DNA of 64,000 bases from Epiperipatus broadwayi (GCA_028023455.1 JAQFVV010000006.1:1674001-1738000), one strand, 5' to 3'; shown: positions 1 to 13,700, counted from the stretch's first letter. A program made the numbers and translations. Notes: a model not told the origin generated them from the letters alone.

Positions 1-703
1 ATGTAATTCACAATTGTGTAATCCACTTTCTTTATATGTGTATCCAAATGCAGGCTTCAACAAGTAATAATTCTTGTGTCATTTACCAAATTAGTAGTAT
101 TCTAATTCCTTTTAATATCAGCTATAAATTTATCTGTCCGTTTATTGCATTGTACACAAATGTTATAATTTATATATTTATAATTCCTATGTGCATATAA
201 TACATACATTTCCAATAGGATGTGAGAAACAGACTATATACAATAAATGACACCATGATCTCATGATTAAAACCAGATATATTAAGATTTTCTATTTTCT
301 TTTCCCTTTTCCTTTTAATAAATAATCCTTGTATTAAATGTTGAAATCTAATTTTGTTCTTTTATGGAACTGGAATTTTATTTTCTGATGGTTAACATTT
401 TATTCCCAATATGTGTGCATTTATATCTGTTTGTATGTTTTAAATTCGAACGGTAATTTGATGAACATTTTGTTGAAAGTAAGAACAAATTTTATAATGT
501 GATAGGAATCGTGATTTAGTTGTTACATAACCGTAATTGATGTCTGTGGTCCTTAAGAACAGACGTCAACATTGTTTGTCCTAAGCACTTCATATTATAT
601 TGTTCTTTTCTAAACATTTTTATGAATACACACATTTCTTCTAAATAAAATATCTTGAACGAAATGTAGCTTTTTTTCAGATGGTTATGAAAAGCTATAA
701 ATA

Positions 704-2246
704 CACCTTTACCCCACTTAACGATGGCAATTGGTCCTTCAAAACTCATCGTTAAGCAAGATATCATATACAAAATACATAATTATAATGGGGGTCTATG
801 GGAAAAAAATTGGTCGGTTCCAGTTGATGTAAAATATCCACATTGATTTCCAAGCTCAAAGATTTTCTTGATTTTTTCATGACGATGACTAAATACGGTA
901 TCTAAAAAGAAAAGTTTTATATCACTAGGAAAAAAATGCATATTTTCACTTTAAAAAGTACAGAACAGCAAAAAGAAAGAGAAACTAAATTTGAATTTAA
1001 GAATTTTTATATTCTTCCGCAGAAGTTTTTCATCATAATGAAAAAAAAATTCATACTGAAGTGCTTTTTTTAAAATTTTGTATTACAGTACATATTACTG
1101 TACATTTATGTTTATTACTTATGTGAAATTATTCAAATTAAAAAACAATGTTTAATTATTAATTATTTAATTGAACATAAAGACTTATTACTGTACTTCA
1201 CAGTAATAAAATGCTTAATGCATATCGTAAAGCAGTCAACTTTAGAAAAAAAAATCAACTTATTTTAAAAGTAAAAAATCTAACTTCTAATTTTCTAAAA
1301 CATACATATATAGACACAGGTATATAATAAGCCTGTGTTTCAGTTATAACATACAGCAAAGTTTATTTTTCTTTTATTTTTTTTACTATATTTTTAGTAA
1401 TGTAATAATGCCCGCCTCCCCCGTTCGTGTAGAAGAAAATTCATTAACATTTATTTTAAATACAATCTGTTTTTTTTTTTTAAACTTTTCTAATTCAACA
1501 TTTTTGTTTTAAAATGTTGTTTTTTCTTTTGAATTGAAACAACTTGAGTGTAAACAACATATTTATTAACGAAGTTACAAAATCAATAACTATTTTTACT
1601 TAATTATCCAGGTGTTCTAAAAATAATCTATTGTAATTAATAAACACACGCACACAGTTTAATATTCATATTTAGTGTTTTCCTGAAAGTTTGTAATGGT
1701 AGTTTTTTAGTTGTCCTGTACCGTATTTATATATTGGAATATTTCATCATCTAATATGTGTTGAATGTCTTTAGAAAAATTAAACTTTATTTAAATAATC
1801 CAAGTACTGTACATTATATTTAAATAAAGTTTAATTTTTCTAAAGACATTCAACACTTATATATACAGTATACAGTATTATAGATTCAGTAATTATAGAT
1901 ATTTTAAGTTTATACATTCTATATTCAAAATACTGAATGCAGCACTAACATTATGTTTTATGAATAAAATATTGTATGTGTTTACAATTACAGCAAAGTC
2001 ATTACCTGTATATATATTACAATAATATACTTTTGCTTTTGGTGTAAAATGAATTTAAAATACCTATATCTCTGACGTCATCAGTGATGCAAAATTCAAG
2101 ATGGCTGCCAAAATTTTTTTTTTTTTAATTTTTTCCGATCGTTATAGTGAAAAATCGATTGTAAATTGAAGTAGTGGGTACAAATTGATGATGATCGCTA
2201 TTGTGAAATATCGCTAAATAGTCAATCGCTAAGGGGGGTAAAGGTG
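704..2246. mobile_element. Non-autonomous DNA transposon (MITE-like, 1543 bp), superfamily uncertain
   Basis: Left end CACCTTTACCCCACTTAACGATG (704-) matches the reverse complement of the right end (..ATCGCTAAGGGGGGTAAAGGTG, ends 2246) with 2 mismatches in 22 nt. TA flanks both sides (702-703, 2247-2248). No coding remnant seen. Confidence 0.75.
1758..1856. repeat. Perfect 40-bp inverted repeat with 19-nt loop
   Basis: GTGTTGAATGTCTTTAGAAAAATTAAACTTTATTTAAATA (1758-1797) is the exact reverse complement of 1817-1856. Confidence 0.95.
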
Positions 2247-3077
2247 TATATATAATCCGAAAGAGAATAAAAAAATAATATAAAATAATAATAAAGAATT
2301 ATACATATATAATCTGAAAGAGAATAAAAAAATAAAAGAATAATAAGGAACTTTTTTGTTAATGTGGTTTTTGTCTCTCAAACAGAATGTGTATGTCTCT
2401 TTCTTGATGGTATCCAATATTGCTTGAGGACTTTGCTCACTTATTGCTTCTAACAATTGTTGTAGTAGTGGATTAATATAACACATATAAATTATTACAT
2501 GCAACATATAACATATATCAGTCATTTATTAATGTGCAAATAAATAGTTATTTTAATAAAATAATATTCCTAAAATTAGTGTTTTCATTTTCTTTCTTTT
2601 ATATTATATATATATATTGATGTTATATATTATATGAACTGTCTAAAGTACAGCGCAATAAAATAAATAATTTCAAAATACTTGATTATTTATTGATCGA
2701 AGATTAGTGTTTATAAGATGTATATATTGTTATTGTTCACATCGTAAGCAAAATATGTTTTCTTCCTTTTAAATGTAACTTTGGGTTTCTCAAGGAATTT
2801 AATTTTGAATTTTTAAAAGTAAAAAAAATACAGACAAAATATTAGTTTAAATCTCATGAAAGGTGATGTATTTTCCCAAATAAAGTGGAGAGTTATCAGT
2901 TGGCAGTTTAATGATTAATATCTCAAAGTAAAGTAACAGGCTGAAATTTAAGCAAAATAATAATTAAAGACTATATGTGTATAATCATGTGGTAGGTACA
3001 TCCCATATGGCATAATATATAATATGCATATATTATTATGGTACAAATTGACGTGTGCATAATCTATATTATCACTA

Positions 3078-4433
3078 ATGGTCGCCACCAGACTGAAGCC
3101 TGATATATTTTTGTGTGCAGAAAGAAGAGAAGATATGGAAGTTATGTTGAGGACATGTGCAAGGGTTGGTAAAGAGATGGGGATTAAATTTAGTGAAGAA
3201 AAATCAAATATAATAATGATTAATACTGAGGAAAGAGAAGATGTAGACTTTTTATTGGGAGATATTAAGTTAAGTGTGGTGAATAGATATAGTTATTTGG
3301 GAATTATTTTAAGTAATCAGAAAAATTATTTGGATGAATGGGAGAAAAAATTGATAAATGAAGCAAAGAAAAGAAAGGGATTGATAAATAAATTAACAGT
3401 GTTTTCATATAATAAATATGATGTAGTTAGAATTATATGGAAAGGAGTTGCAGTAGCAGGGTTAACATATGGTAATGATGCGTTATATGTTAGTAAAGTG
3501 GTATTAAATTACTTAGAAAAAGTTCAAAGGGAAGTAGGAAGACATGCATTGGATGCAGATGTATGGACAGCAAAAGAGGCAATTCAAGGAGAAATGGGAT
3601 GGTCAAGTTTTCATATGAGAGATGCAAAAAGTAAAATGAAAATGTTTAGTAGATTGCAGTTTATGAATAATAAAAGAATAGCTAAAATAGTATTTAATTG
3701 GGTTATGAGTAAAGGGCAGGTAACAAGATGGGTGAGAAAGGTAATGCAGTATGCAAAAGATTTGGATAAAGAATTTATATCAGTATATTTGTACAAAAGA
3801 CGGGATGGTTGTGTTAAGAGGATTGTTGAGTGTTGTAGTAGTAAAGAGTGGGATAAAAGAATAGATTTATTAATAAAGAATAGGGAGTTAGAGAGATGGA
3901 GAAATAGTATGGAGAATAAAAAGAATGTAAATATATATAGAAATAAACAGAATATTAGGTGTGAGATAATATATGATAATAGTAAGTAAAGTAGTTTATT
4001 ATTTAAAGCTGGAACAGGATTTTTAGCTACAAGAGAATATACATGTAAATGGAAAAAAATGGGTGATTTATTTTGTAAATTATGTAAGGAAGGAATAAAA
4101 AATATTAGGCATTTGTTAATTGAATGTAAATGCTTGAAAACAGAAAAGTTACATATAATGAAGTTATGGAAGAAAAAATATGAAAAAAGTGAGTATACAG
4201 AAAGTGGGTTATTGGTTTTTATGCTGGGTTTGGGAAAAGACAAGGGGGATTTAGATATAAAGGTTATAGAGTTGACAAAGATTATGTTGTGGAAATGGAA
4301 TGGAGCAGAATATGGGAAAATTTAGAGTGGGGAATGAAAAATAAAGTGGCTAACAGGTTTATCTGGGCATAATTGCTGAGATATTCTTGACTTCGTTTAA
4401 GGAGAAGCCACAATACATCACGTCACATCATCA
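3078..4433 (+). mobile_element. 5'-truncated non-LTR retrotransposon (LINE family L): RT C-terminal half, CCHC knuckle, 3' UTR and (CATCA)n tail
   Basis: ORF 3078-3989 begins at the RT catalytic region (PDIFLCAE) and contains YLG, GLTYG and AIQGEMGWSSF. After one TAA (3987-3989) the same frame runs to 4325 with C-x2-C-x8-H-x4-C (CKLCKEGIKNIRHLLIEC). Ends in ACATCACGTCACATCATCA. Clade not assigned (RTE-X-like is a guess). Confidence 0.9.
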
Positions 4434-6642
4434 GACTCGCAAGGAATAATCTCACTAATTATTTCAAGAACGCTGGTCATAATTTAATTTTACTAACAAT
4501 CATATATGGGACAATAAACTAATAGTTTATGTACTCCTTTTAACCTATAAAAAATAGTAGCTTAGCAAATCAATAACGCTTTGTTTTTGGGAAATTTAAT
4601 AATAATAAACTAAATAAGAATGTGAGAATTAATTTTAAATATCTTCTATTAATTTCATGCCTTAATAAAATAAATTGAAGTAATTGGATCCATAATTTTA
4701 AGTCTCTAATATGATTATCCTATCACTTAAGATCAATTACCATCAATCATTACTAAACATATATTCTTGCTCTAACTAGCTATTATATGTATAAGTATTG
4801 AAACCCAATAGCATTCCGAGAGACATATGCGATTTGTTAGAATAACATTTAATCGGCAATATTAAAAGAGAAATGTCAGATACCGATCAATGGTAGATAG
4901 CTAGCAAAACTAATTAATCTAGATATAGAAACTAAAGTAACTCAACATTGCTAACAAGATCCATCCCTATTGCAAAAAGATGATCTCCCTCAATCAAGGT
5001 TTATTTAGAAAAAGAAATCAAATCTATAAGAAATCCTTAATTCTAACGCTAATATAAAATAACTAATCATTCCTAAAGGATAGATAGTATCTAACTTCAT
5101 TGAATTATATAATGATTAAATAATAATACCAATAGACTACATGATTAAAACAAAATTTATTTAAAAGAGAGAATTACATAATAGATGGAGGTTGAACTTA
5201 TTTATACAGGATATGCTTTCTTACTTCTATTTTATTTCAGTAACAGTTCTAGTTTTAATGAAATAATTAGTCTAATTGCATAATTATAATGTAGTTCGTA
5301 TTTACTGGTCCAAAATTGAGAATGCCAAATATATATATATTTAAAACACCATTTTAAATGCCATGGTGTGCATAATGTGACAAACTACTATCAGAAACTT
5401 TTGTTGTCAGTAGACTCAAAATTTTAGAATAAGACAAAATCTGATTGTTCTCCAGAAATCATACTCTTTTGCAAGATCATATATTATTTGTAAATACATT
5501 AGATATTTTCTAAGTTTGGCCAATCTGTTAATACTGGTTGTGCTCGAAAACTATGTGTACTGAGAAAAGAATATATATATTTTTTTATGCTAATGTCATC
5601 TTATGATGTTATAGATTGACATTTGTTTAGGAATGAACTAAAAATAAGCATTTCTGATTGATTTTGCTATAAACCAGAGCAGTTCTTCTTTCGCTACTCC
5701 AGAACCATCTTTTGTAAGCTTGAATCATCAGATTTTTGAATAGACAAAATGAACATTTCTGTTTCATTTTATTACATTCAAGTATAATCTTTATCTATTC
5801 TAGCGCCACCTATTGTAAGCTTAAATCATTAATAATTATTGGATAGTAATTGATTGAATTCCCATCTCCATGTTCACTTCCAGCTTTTGCCACTAACAAT
5901 TATGAACTTAGTGTTTGAAGCTAGAATCTACATTGTTGTTATGCATTTGACACCACTTTTACCTTTTTTTTATATCAACCTAATAGCCTGAAAGGCTGAG
6001 GCTTCGAATCCAAGCCTGTATCATTATATTTTAATGATATGAGTTGTATAACTCAGACTCACAATAGGTGTCAGTAGAAAAGAAAGAATTGCTCTTGTTT
6101 TTAATCTTCTCATAAGCTCAAAGAATATGATGGTGTAGTGGTGTTGATTACATTAACACATAACATAGTTCTTACTTATATGTACATATCTAATTATAAT
6201 TTTTTTAAAAAAAGTTGATTTGACTAGCAATTCAGCTACAAACAATTTAAGTAACTGTAAAGGAAGATGTTTTTTCTCTGTTTTTGATACTATATTTTGT
6301 AACAAGAAAGCAGATTGTGCTAACTAGCCAAGCGGGCAGTGTAATGAAGATCATGTTTAATATGGCTAACAGAGTTTAAGGATATATAGCTTATGAACTG
6401 ACATTTCTGATTTTATTTAAGAAATCATTTTATATCATATACCTCTTGTTTATATTACTAATTACGATTTAATAAGAGTAATTATGATTAGATTAAAGGG
6501 TTGAGATCTTTTATTGATCTTTTATTTCATCACTTTTATTAAATTATTAACTGCTACCACAATCATAATAACAATACTGTCATCTGTTGTTGCTAATACT
6601 AATATAACTACTGTCACTGTTTGCTATTGCTGCTGCTTCCAT

Positions 6643-6681
<39 letters not shown>
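6643..6681. repeat. (TAC)13 microsatellite
   Basis: Directly visible; explains the poly-Tyr ORF 6514-6762. Confidence 0.95.
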
Positions 6682-6682
<1 letters not shown>

Positions 6683-7008
6683 GCACACTGTTCCATAATA
6701 AATACTACAATATTATCTGTTCTTTTTTAAAATGGAAGGAAATACTTCAACACCAGGGCTAGTTGTAGTCCACCAATGTATTCTATCCTCTGCATATTTA
6801 CTTTAGGAAAACAATCAATATTTCACCCTTGTAGACTTTATTCTTAGGTTAAACATATTGAATTTTGTGGTTTATTAAAACTATTTGTAAATGCTATATT
6901 TATTATCTGCTATATTTTCTTAAGTATGACACTATATTTACATTTTATCTGTGTGTATGTATTTATATTATACTTATGTGATACTTACTGGATGTATATA
7001 TAAATTGT

Positions 7009-7036
<28 letters not shown>
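7009..7036. repeat. (TA)14 microsatellite
   Basis: Directly visible. Confidence 0.95.
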
Positions 7037-7041
<5 letters not shown>

Positions 7042-7127
7042 ACTACAGTAATGTATTAATTTATTTAGATTTAGTAATGTTTTTTTTATTTTATTTATAT
7101 ACTACTTTCATTCTATTGAAATTATAG

Positions 7128-7207
7128 GCTCCTTTAGAAGAATTAAAAATCGAAGATGATATTGAAAATATACTCCCCCAAATTCAAATGATGGCAACAA
7201 AGGACAG
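7128..7207 (+). CDS. DDX55: Internal coding exon of DEAD-box RNA helicase DDX55/Spb4 (APLEELKIEDDIENILPQIQMMATKD + AG)
   Basis: T-rich tract and AG acceptor (7126-7127), GTTAAGT donor at 7208. The 80-nt phase 0-to-2 exon joins the 28424 exon in frame. The peptide aligns with the recalled vertebrate DDX55 segment CPLQEMK..LLPKLKSMALADR. Confidence 0.8.
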
Positions 7208-7444
7208 GTTAAGTATTGATTAATTACATACTTATAAACATTTGTCATAATTTTTAAATATTACAAAATAAATAGAAATAAGTTCATTCTAATTGCAATC
7301 TATGAATTTTTGAATGTGCTTGTCTTTATAAAAGTATGTAATACTGTATTTATGCTAGCTAGGTCTATAGTCTGATTTGAAGGGATTTATCTTTTATATC
7401 TATTGTGATGGTTATGGGGTATCTCTAATTTAATAATCAGCATA

Positions 7445-7895
7445 ACTTCAAAATTTAATGGCTTATTACTATTGTTAATACTCATATATACTGCTTATAA
7501 TAACTCTTCTCATTTACACTTTAATGCAAACAATTTTTTAAATAAATCTTCTTTATTTTCCTGACAGTTTCGACTGTCCAGCAGTCTTCATCAGAGCTTT
7601 CCTGACAGTTTCGACTGCTGGACAATCGAAACTGTCAGGAAAATAAATTTTTTTATATTTAAAATACAAAGGGTATTTTCTTGCATCTAAACCATATCTT
7701 AAATAACTAAGCATTAATGTTTATATTGAGTGTGAGTATTAGTAATAAATATAAATGTTACTACTAAAACAGTGTACTTTTAAATAAATAATAGTATTAA
7801 CAATACTCTTATTCTTCTCCTTTACTTTCTTTGCATTTCTTCATATATTCATTTATATTGCTTATAATAACTTCTCATATTTAATGCAAACAATA
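7445..7895 (-). mobile_element. Penelope-like pLTR / HHR element remnant, partial tandem (period ~367 bp)
   Basis: Minus strand 7594-7560 reads CTGATGA-A-GACTG-CTGGA-CAGTC-GAAAC-T-GTC-AGG followed by AAATAAA. GCTTATAATAACT..TTTAATGCAAACAAT recurs at 7493 and 7860. Internal hairpin at 7598-7642. Confidence 0.65.
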
Positions 7896-7983
7896 ATCCT
7901 GAGATAATTAGTATTTATTAATACACATTTATATGTTTCTTAGATATGTAAATATTCTGTTTATGTTAAAGTCTCATTATAAT

Positions 7984-8320
7984 GACTGTTCCATCCGCCA
8001 GTCTGACTGTGCAAATGTTATATCCACACTTACGACTGTGCCAATGTTATATCCGCACTTACGACTGGGCCAATGTTATATCCGCAAGTCTGACTGTGCG
8101 GTCAGCAAATAACGTTGTTCAACTGCGTATGCTCTCCAACGAATGGTCTGCAACGAATGCTCTGAATATACTCTGTATTCTCTGCAATGGATGCTCTCCA
8201 AACGTATGGTCTGCAATGAATGCTCTGCCACAGTTGCTCTCCAACGAATGGTCTGCACCGACTGCTCTTCAATGAATGGTCTGCAAGCGGATGCTCTCCA
8301 AACGAATGGTCTGCAACGAG
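7984..8320. repeat. Compound minisatellite: 29-bp units (8005, 8034, 8063, 8092), then ~14/28-bp GCTCTCCAACGAAT/GGTCTGCAACGAAT units
   Basis: Periodicity counted directly; explains the overlapping ORFs at 7982-8475. Confidence 0.85.
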
Positions 8321-11236
8321 TCTATTTCTATAGTTCACTAAAGTTCAATTCCCACACTACAAAAATGGTTCACAATGGGCATACCTTAGCCCCAGTCCAG
8401 TTTAGCTGTACACGAACTCTTCGTAGTAAGCACTGCGACTGCCGTCAGATATCTCCTACTGGAATTGAACAGTAACTCTACTGTAGATGCACTCCATACT
8501 GTCTGCTACTCGCTACTGCTTTCTGTTCTCTACTGGAGTTGTCCCCTAATTATTGCCCTGCGTAGTTGTTACCCAGTCTTATTATCGCTTTCTGATAACT
8601 GCAACAATCAATCAATGCACCGTCCAATAAGGTATCGTCTCTTATCCAGAAATATTTGCAATCAGCAAATATCTCTTGGAATAGTTGATAGCCATTATGG
8701 CAATGCCTTAATTAAATTCCACAGTTATCAGCACGCGATCTAAAACAATCTCTCGAATACATTCTAGTTTTTTCTGGACTGCACAAACATGTCTGCCATT
8801 TTTACAAAACACTACAATGACTATACACTTAGCAAAGGTTAAGCTAATGTTTTGTTGATAACAATTTGGTTACACTAAGGTTTTGATAGTTACAATATGT
8901 ATATATTGAGTAATAGTTATTATTGATCCACATTTTGAAGGAAGAAAAGCAGTAGCTGCTCACATATGAAGAATACAGTGCGAGATAATTTTGTAATCTG
9001 AAGTAAGACTAATCTCACTACTAGTTTAAAAATGGTTTTTTAAAAATGGATTTGAAGCAAACCATATGCTAAACCTTAGCTGGAAGCTAAGCATCACCAA
9101 CTCTTACTAGCTAGCCTATTCACTAAAATAAAATGTAGAATGAGAATACCCATAAAGAAATCTGCAACCAGCCTTTTGTTTCCATCTAAAAGCATGCCTG
9201 TATCAGCCTATAACTTTATTTACAAATTGGTTTATAGTTGGCATTTACCATATGGTCAAAGTATTGATGATGATCAGTATGTATCAGTATCTCAGCCTTA
9301 TTTTTTATCATAGGTACTCTAGTACTTAAGTATTTACATCCAGGTGATTGTTTTATATTTTTACATAAGTTTGGCAGTAGCTAGATAAATAAATCTCTTA
9401 AATCCAGCCATTAAGGATGACTTGATTAATCTGGTTTAATGCTGATGATGAAACATTATTACAAGTACTTATTTTATACTCACTTCCACGCTCCATTTAT
9501 ATTTTTTTTCTTTTTATATCTGTTTTTGATTATTCAATGAAGATGATGGTGTTTTGCCATCACCCCAAACTAACCCCCTATTCTTACTGTTACAGTATAT
9601 ATATATAATAACTGGTTGGGAAAGAAAAGTTTAAAGTAGGGTGATGGCAAATCATCATCACTCCAATTTCAAAATATATTCAATAATGAATTTAAATAAT
9701 TAGATAAAATATTAAAGTAATAAAGCAAGATATTAAAGTAATAGATATTAAATAATGTTTAATACCACAAAATATGTAAAAGAAATTTTATATATTAAAA
9801 AGAGGATGAGATCTTTGAGAGATCAGCCCAGTTAACTCATTAGAGCAACTAAAAGTATAATTAACTAAGTTCACCAGTATTATAAATAACTAAAAAGTAA
9901 ATATAAGTAATAATCATCCATCATCATGAATGATCAACATTGAAATAAATCAACAGTCAATCTGATGACTGGATTTGAAATGAGTACTATAGACCAGGCT
10001 AACTATTGAGCCTTTGCCAGCATGGGGCAATTATTTAAACATTAATCTGGATGCACAAACTTAAGTGCTAATCCATTAGAATATACAACCATAAAAATCA
10101 TAATGTTGGGATATTAGAACATGCTGATCATCATCAATGCTCTGACCACTTAGTACCAGTAATGTACTGGTCAACTATAAGCTTAAATTCTGATAGAGAC
10201 AAAACTAAAATAAAATGTAGTGCATGGGCTTTAAAGAATATTCTCTTTTTGCCAACTAGGATGATGATGATGAGTAGATGGGAAATCATCATTATCACTG
10301 GATGCCCATAAACACTAATATACACCCCCTTCCATATATCAGATCATTATGCTCAAATCTGGCTCAGAGAACATGAGCTCTATTACTGTTATTGTGATCA
10401 AGAGATGATGAAATACATAATATCCTAAAAATATTTAGAATTAAGTCACTAGAATAATTTTAACAAGTATATATAAGTTTATTAGTAACAAAAAATGGTA
10501 TTAAGGTCTTTAGAATATGGCTTATGTATGTAAAAGCCTTCTGATGTTGATTAATATACAAAATAATAACTATCACATTCTGATTTATAATATCTTTTAA
10601 TGGGTTTACATAGAACATATATATATATATGCACACAGATGCACATTTTATAATATACAATGAATACATTTCAATTGACATTTAATAAAATTTAAAAAAT
10701 GATTAAATTTTACGTTCTATTTGATAAACATTGCTATATACACACAGACATGTGGCATAATAATTTCTAAACATATTTGAATTGTCATAAAATAAACATT
10801 TTTAGTTATCACTTTTAAATGATATAAAATACTGCAGTAGTGAATTTATATAAAACATAATTGACTAACATAAATGAAATTCATTTTTTTTTTAATATTT
10901 GAATTTATCAAAATAATAAAATTATTAATAATATCTTTCATAATCAATTTCATTTGGAAAATATACATAATTTTCACTGCTTTAATAATAAATACTTTTT
11001 CATTTCTCTTTAAATAAAGAAATAAATACTATCACGTCTTGACAGGTTACTTTAAAAAGATTTGATTAATTATAACATCTTTAAACTTAGATTTTAAATG
11101 ATTCTTTTCTTTTTAAACTATAATTGTCAATGAACTGATTCTTGACTTCGATTTTTAATAAAATTTAAAATGATATCATTCTTAATCTGACATATAGTCT
11201 TTATTCAAATTTTCTGCCTATCATACTACCTGTAAT

Positions 11237-11317
11237 GTGATGTGATGTACTGTGACTTCTCCTTAATTGGAGTCAGGAATCTCTCAGCAACTATGCGCAG
11301 AGAAACCTGTTAGCCAA
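11237..11317 (-). mobile_element. 81-bp 3' terminus of LINE family L with TSD
   Basis: Reverse complement matches the 3' UTR and tail at 4345-4430 (TGGCTAACAGGTTTCTCTG..GGAGAAG..ACATCACATCAC). Flanked by ACCTGTAAT at 11228-11236 and 11318-11326. Confidence 0.85.
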
Positions 11318-12570
11318 ACCTGTAATAGTTTCTCTATAGAGTGCTGACATCTTCAGATTTTTTTAAAAACCAATATCTATATATTGGTTCCAATTTTTAT
11401 TGTTAAATGAATGCCAAATCAGAAAAATAGCAACACAGCTACATGAGAATCAAGGAAAGTGAAAATATTACATGTGCTATCTCCATATGGAATATTTTTG
11501 CTGTGTATATAGAGTATGGGTTAAATGAGTTAAGTAGCTCAATTTTATTAAAATTGGTCATGAATTATTTTCAGATTTTTTTTTCATAATTTAAAAATAG
11601 CATACTTTATTTTAAATTAAAAATTAACTTAAAAAAAAATCAAAAAAAAAACACCCCCCCTATCTTTAAAAAAAAAGGGGAAAGGGGGAAACCTTCCCCC
11701 CCACCCCCACTTTGTTTGGGCCTTGGGGGGTGGGGGGGGGGGTTTCATTAATAATACATATAAATATTAATATATTTGCAATATAATAAATTTATGCCAC
11801 ATAACAAAAGTTTGATGAAACTACAGTCATGATGGTTTACCTTCAGTGACTTTTAATCCAAATATGAAGTATGTCATATTCTAATATAATCATGGTGGAT
11901 ATGAAGGAGAGTCCATATACTTATTTTCAAGAGTAAAATCTGATGGAGAAAGTTAATGGGAGTAAAAGTTTAAGCTATGAGAGAGTACAAATGAGATAGA
12001 TTGTCGATTGTCAAATTTTGGTCATAAGGTTACTGAGTAAAAAGTTGAAAGAGTATAGGTATTCTTTTGAGTATATTATATTTTCTATTGTCAAATATTA
12101 CCGAACATTGTGCAAGTCACAGAATTTTTAGTGTGTGAATAATTACAGATGCATTGTAGGGCTGATAATATTATATATATATAAGTAATTGCTTGAAGTT
12201 GATTATATGTTTATTAGAAACATGAATAGACATAGAGAAAAGTGTGAGCAGGTTTAAAAAAGTGTAGAATTTCTTCTGGATAATTATTGCACAATACACA
12301 TATAGCTTCAAGATTTAGGTTGAGTTGGTCATTAAGAAATATTTTGGTTGATATTGTACCCTGTAATAAATTAAAAAAGAAATAAATTAAAAAAAGAAAT
12401 TTCAACCATGATTGAGTAGAACAGTGGTTGTGAAATTTGGTTAGAATTGTAACAACAGGCACAAATGATAAAATTCTAAATCACTTCATTGAATAACGTT
12501 TTAAATCACATATTTTAAATATATCTTTTAATACATTGTACAGGCTTACACCTGCATTTATATATGTAAT

Positions 12571-13044
12571 ATATGCGGTATTCGAACTCAGACTTTAACA
12601 TGAGCCACAACTCTCAATGCTATCTTATATTCCTGACCTACCTGATCACACACATGTTGAAACGATAAATAATCACCAATATATGTATTTCAGAATGACT
12701 AAACGTCAACATGGGTAGGATGACAACCTTGGCACTAACATGGGCTTTGAACATTCCACCATCGGATTTTCAATGAAATGGAAGGTTGAGTTGTGGGTTG
12801 GAGTAGTTTGAAACCTGTCCATTAAAGTATGAAGATTGGCTATCTTAATATAAAGCTGAGAACTGATTGTATGTATGTGTGGAGATGGTAATCTGGACCA
12901 ATTGATGAGTTCTGGTTTAGTGCAGAATATGTATATTTGTGATTATTTATCTTTTCAACATGTATGTGATCAGGTGGGTCAGCACTATAAGATAGCATTG
13001 AGAGTTGTGGGTCATGTGAAAGTCTGAGTTCGAATCCCGCATAT
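12571..13044 (+). mobile_element. HHR element family A, fold-back copy (inverted 5' arm ~125 bp), HHR decayed
   Basis: 12571-12695 is the imperfect reverse complement of ~12925-13044. The central part is homologous to 35750-35980 and to the reverse complement of 38300-38500. Decayed core at 12891-12945. Confidence 0.75.
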
Positions 13045-13554
13045 GTCTTTTAAGAAAAATGTATTGATTTTATTTTTGACTCAGGAAAACAGTAAAAAGT
13101 AATTCAATAGCATCAAAGCCATTGTAATCTTTGTGTTGTAACTGTATTTTTGGTAATAGAAATATTAAAATGGATTTCAAGAACTGGAATGACAATTGGG
13201 ACAAATATTTCGACAAGATGCCTTCCAAGATGGAAACTGCGAACAATAAGGAGATCAAATAGTCTTACGGTATGTGGAATATAGTAATGATAAAATGTTG
13301 AATTTTAACATGGATGCCACCAAAAACACTGTTTGTAACTAATTAAATCTTATGAATAAACAATTTACTTCAAACAAATAATAACCTCATCTAGAATTAC
13401 GTAATAAAATCATATGGAAGCTCTATTTACAATGAAAATAACAGTCATTATTTGATCAATGTACGACATCAAAACAACTACTCTCATTCTACATTTTAGG
13501 AAGTTTTTATTATTAGCCCCCCCTTTTTTTGAATAAAAGAGATATCAGATAATA

Positions 13555-13700
13555 TCCTGTCCTTCTGGTATAGCAGTTTCAGAATTTTATCATTTCACCA
13601 GACAGAATCTATGCATATGGCAACATTTTTGTCCTCTTGTCCTGGTTGGTCCTTTGAGGAGTCTTCCAGGTTCCATAGACCAGTCACATGCCCTTCTCGC
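13555..13700 (-). pseudogene. Possible RTE-clade AP-endonuclease N-terminal remnant
   Basis: Minus strand has frameshifted traces of the TWNVR and SET-x-x-PEG motifs. Weak. Confidence 0.3.

Noticed and set aside
3611-4243. 210-aa minus-strand ORF
   Set aside because: Antisense shadow of the purine-rich LINE coding strand; no motif.
4440-5300. Possible decayed retroelement coding sequence (also 33900-34700, 36100-36500, 44200-44600)
   Set aside because: Composition suggests old TE debris, but I could not recover a diagnostic motif by eye; needs a profile search.
7982-8743. Cluster of overlapping 60-110 aa ORFs
   Set aside because: Explained by stop-poor minisatellite sequence; no splice or homology support.
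9960-9990. CTGATGA..GAAAT motif (also the minus-strand CTGATGAGAAA near 60750)
   Set aside because: No stem II or stem I; expected by chance in AT-rich DNA.
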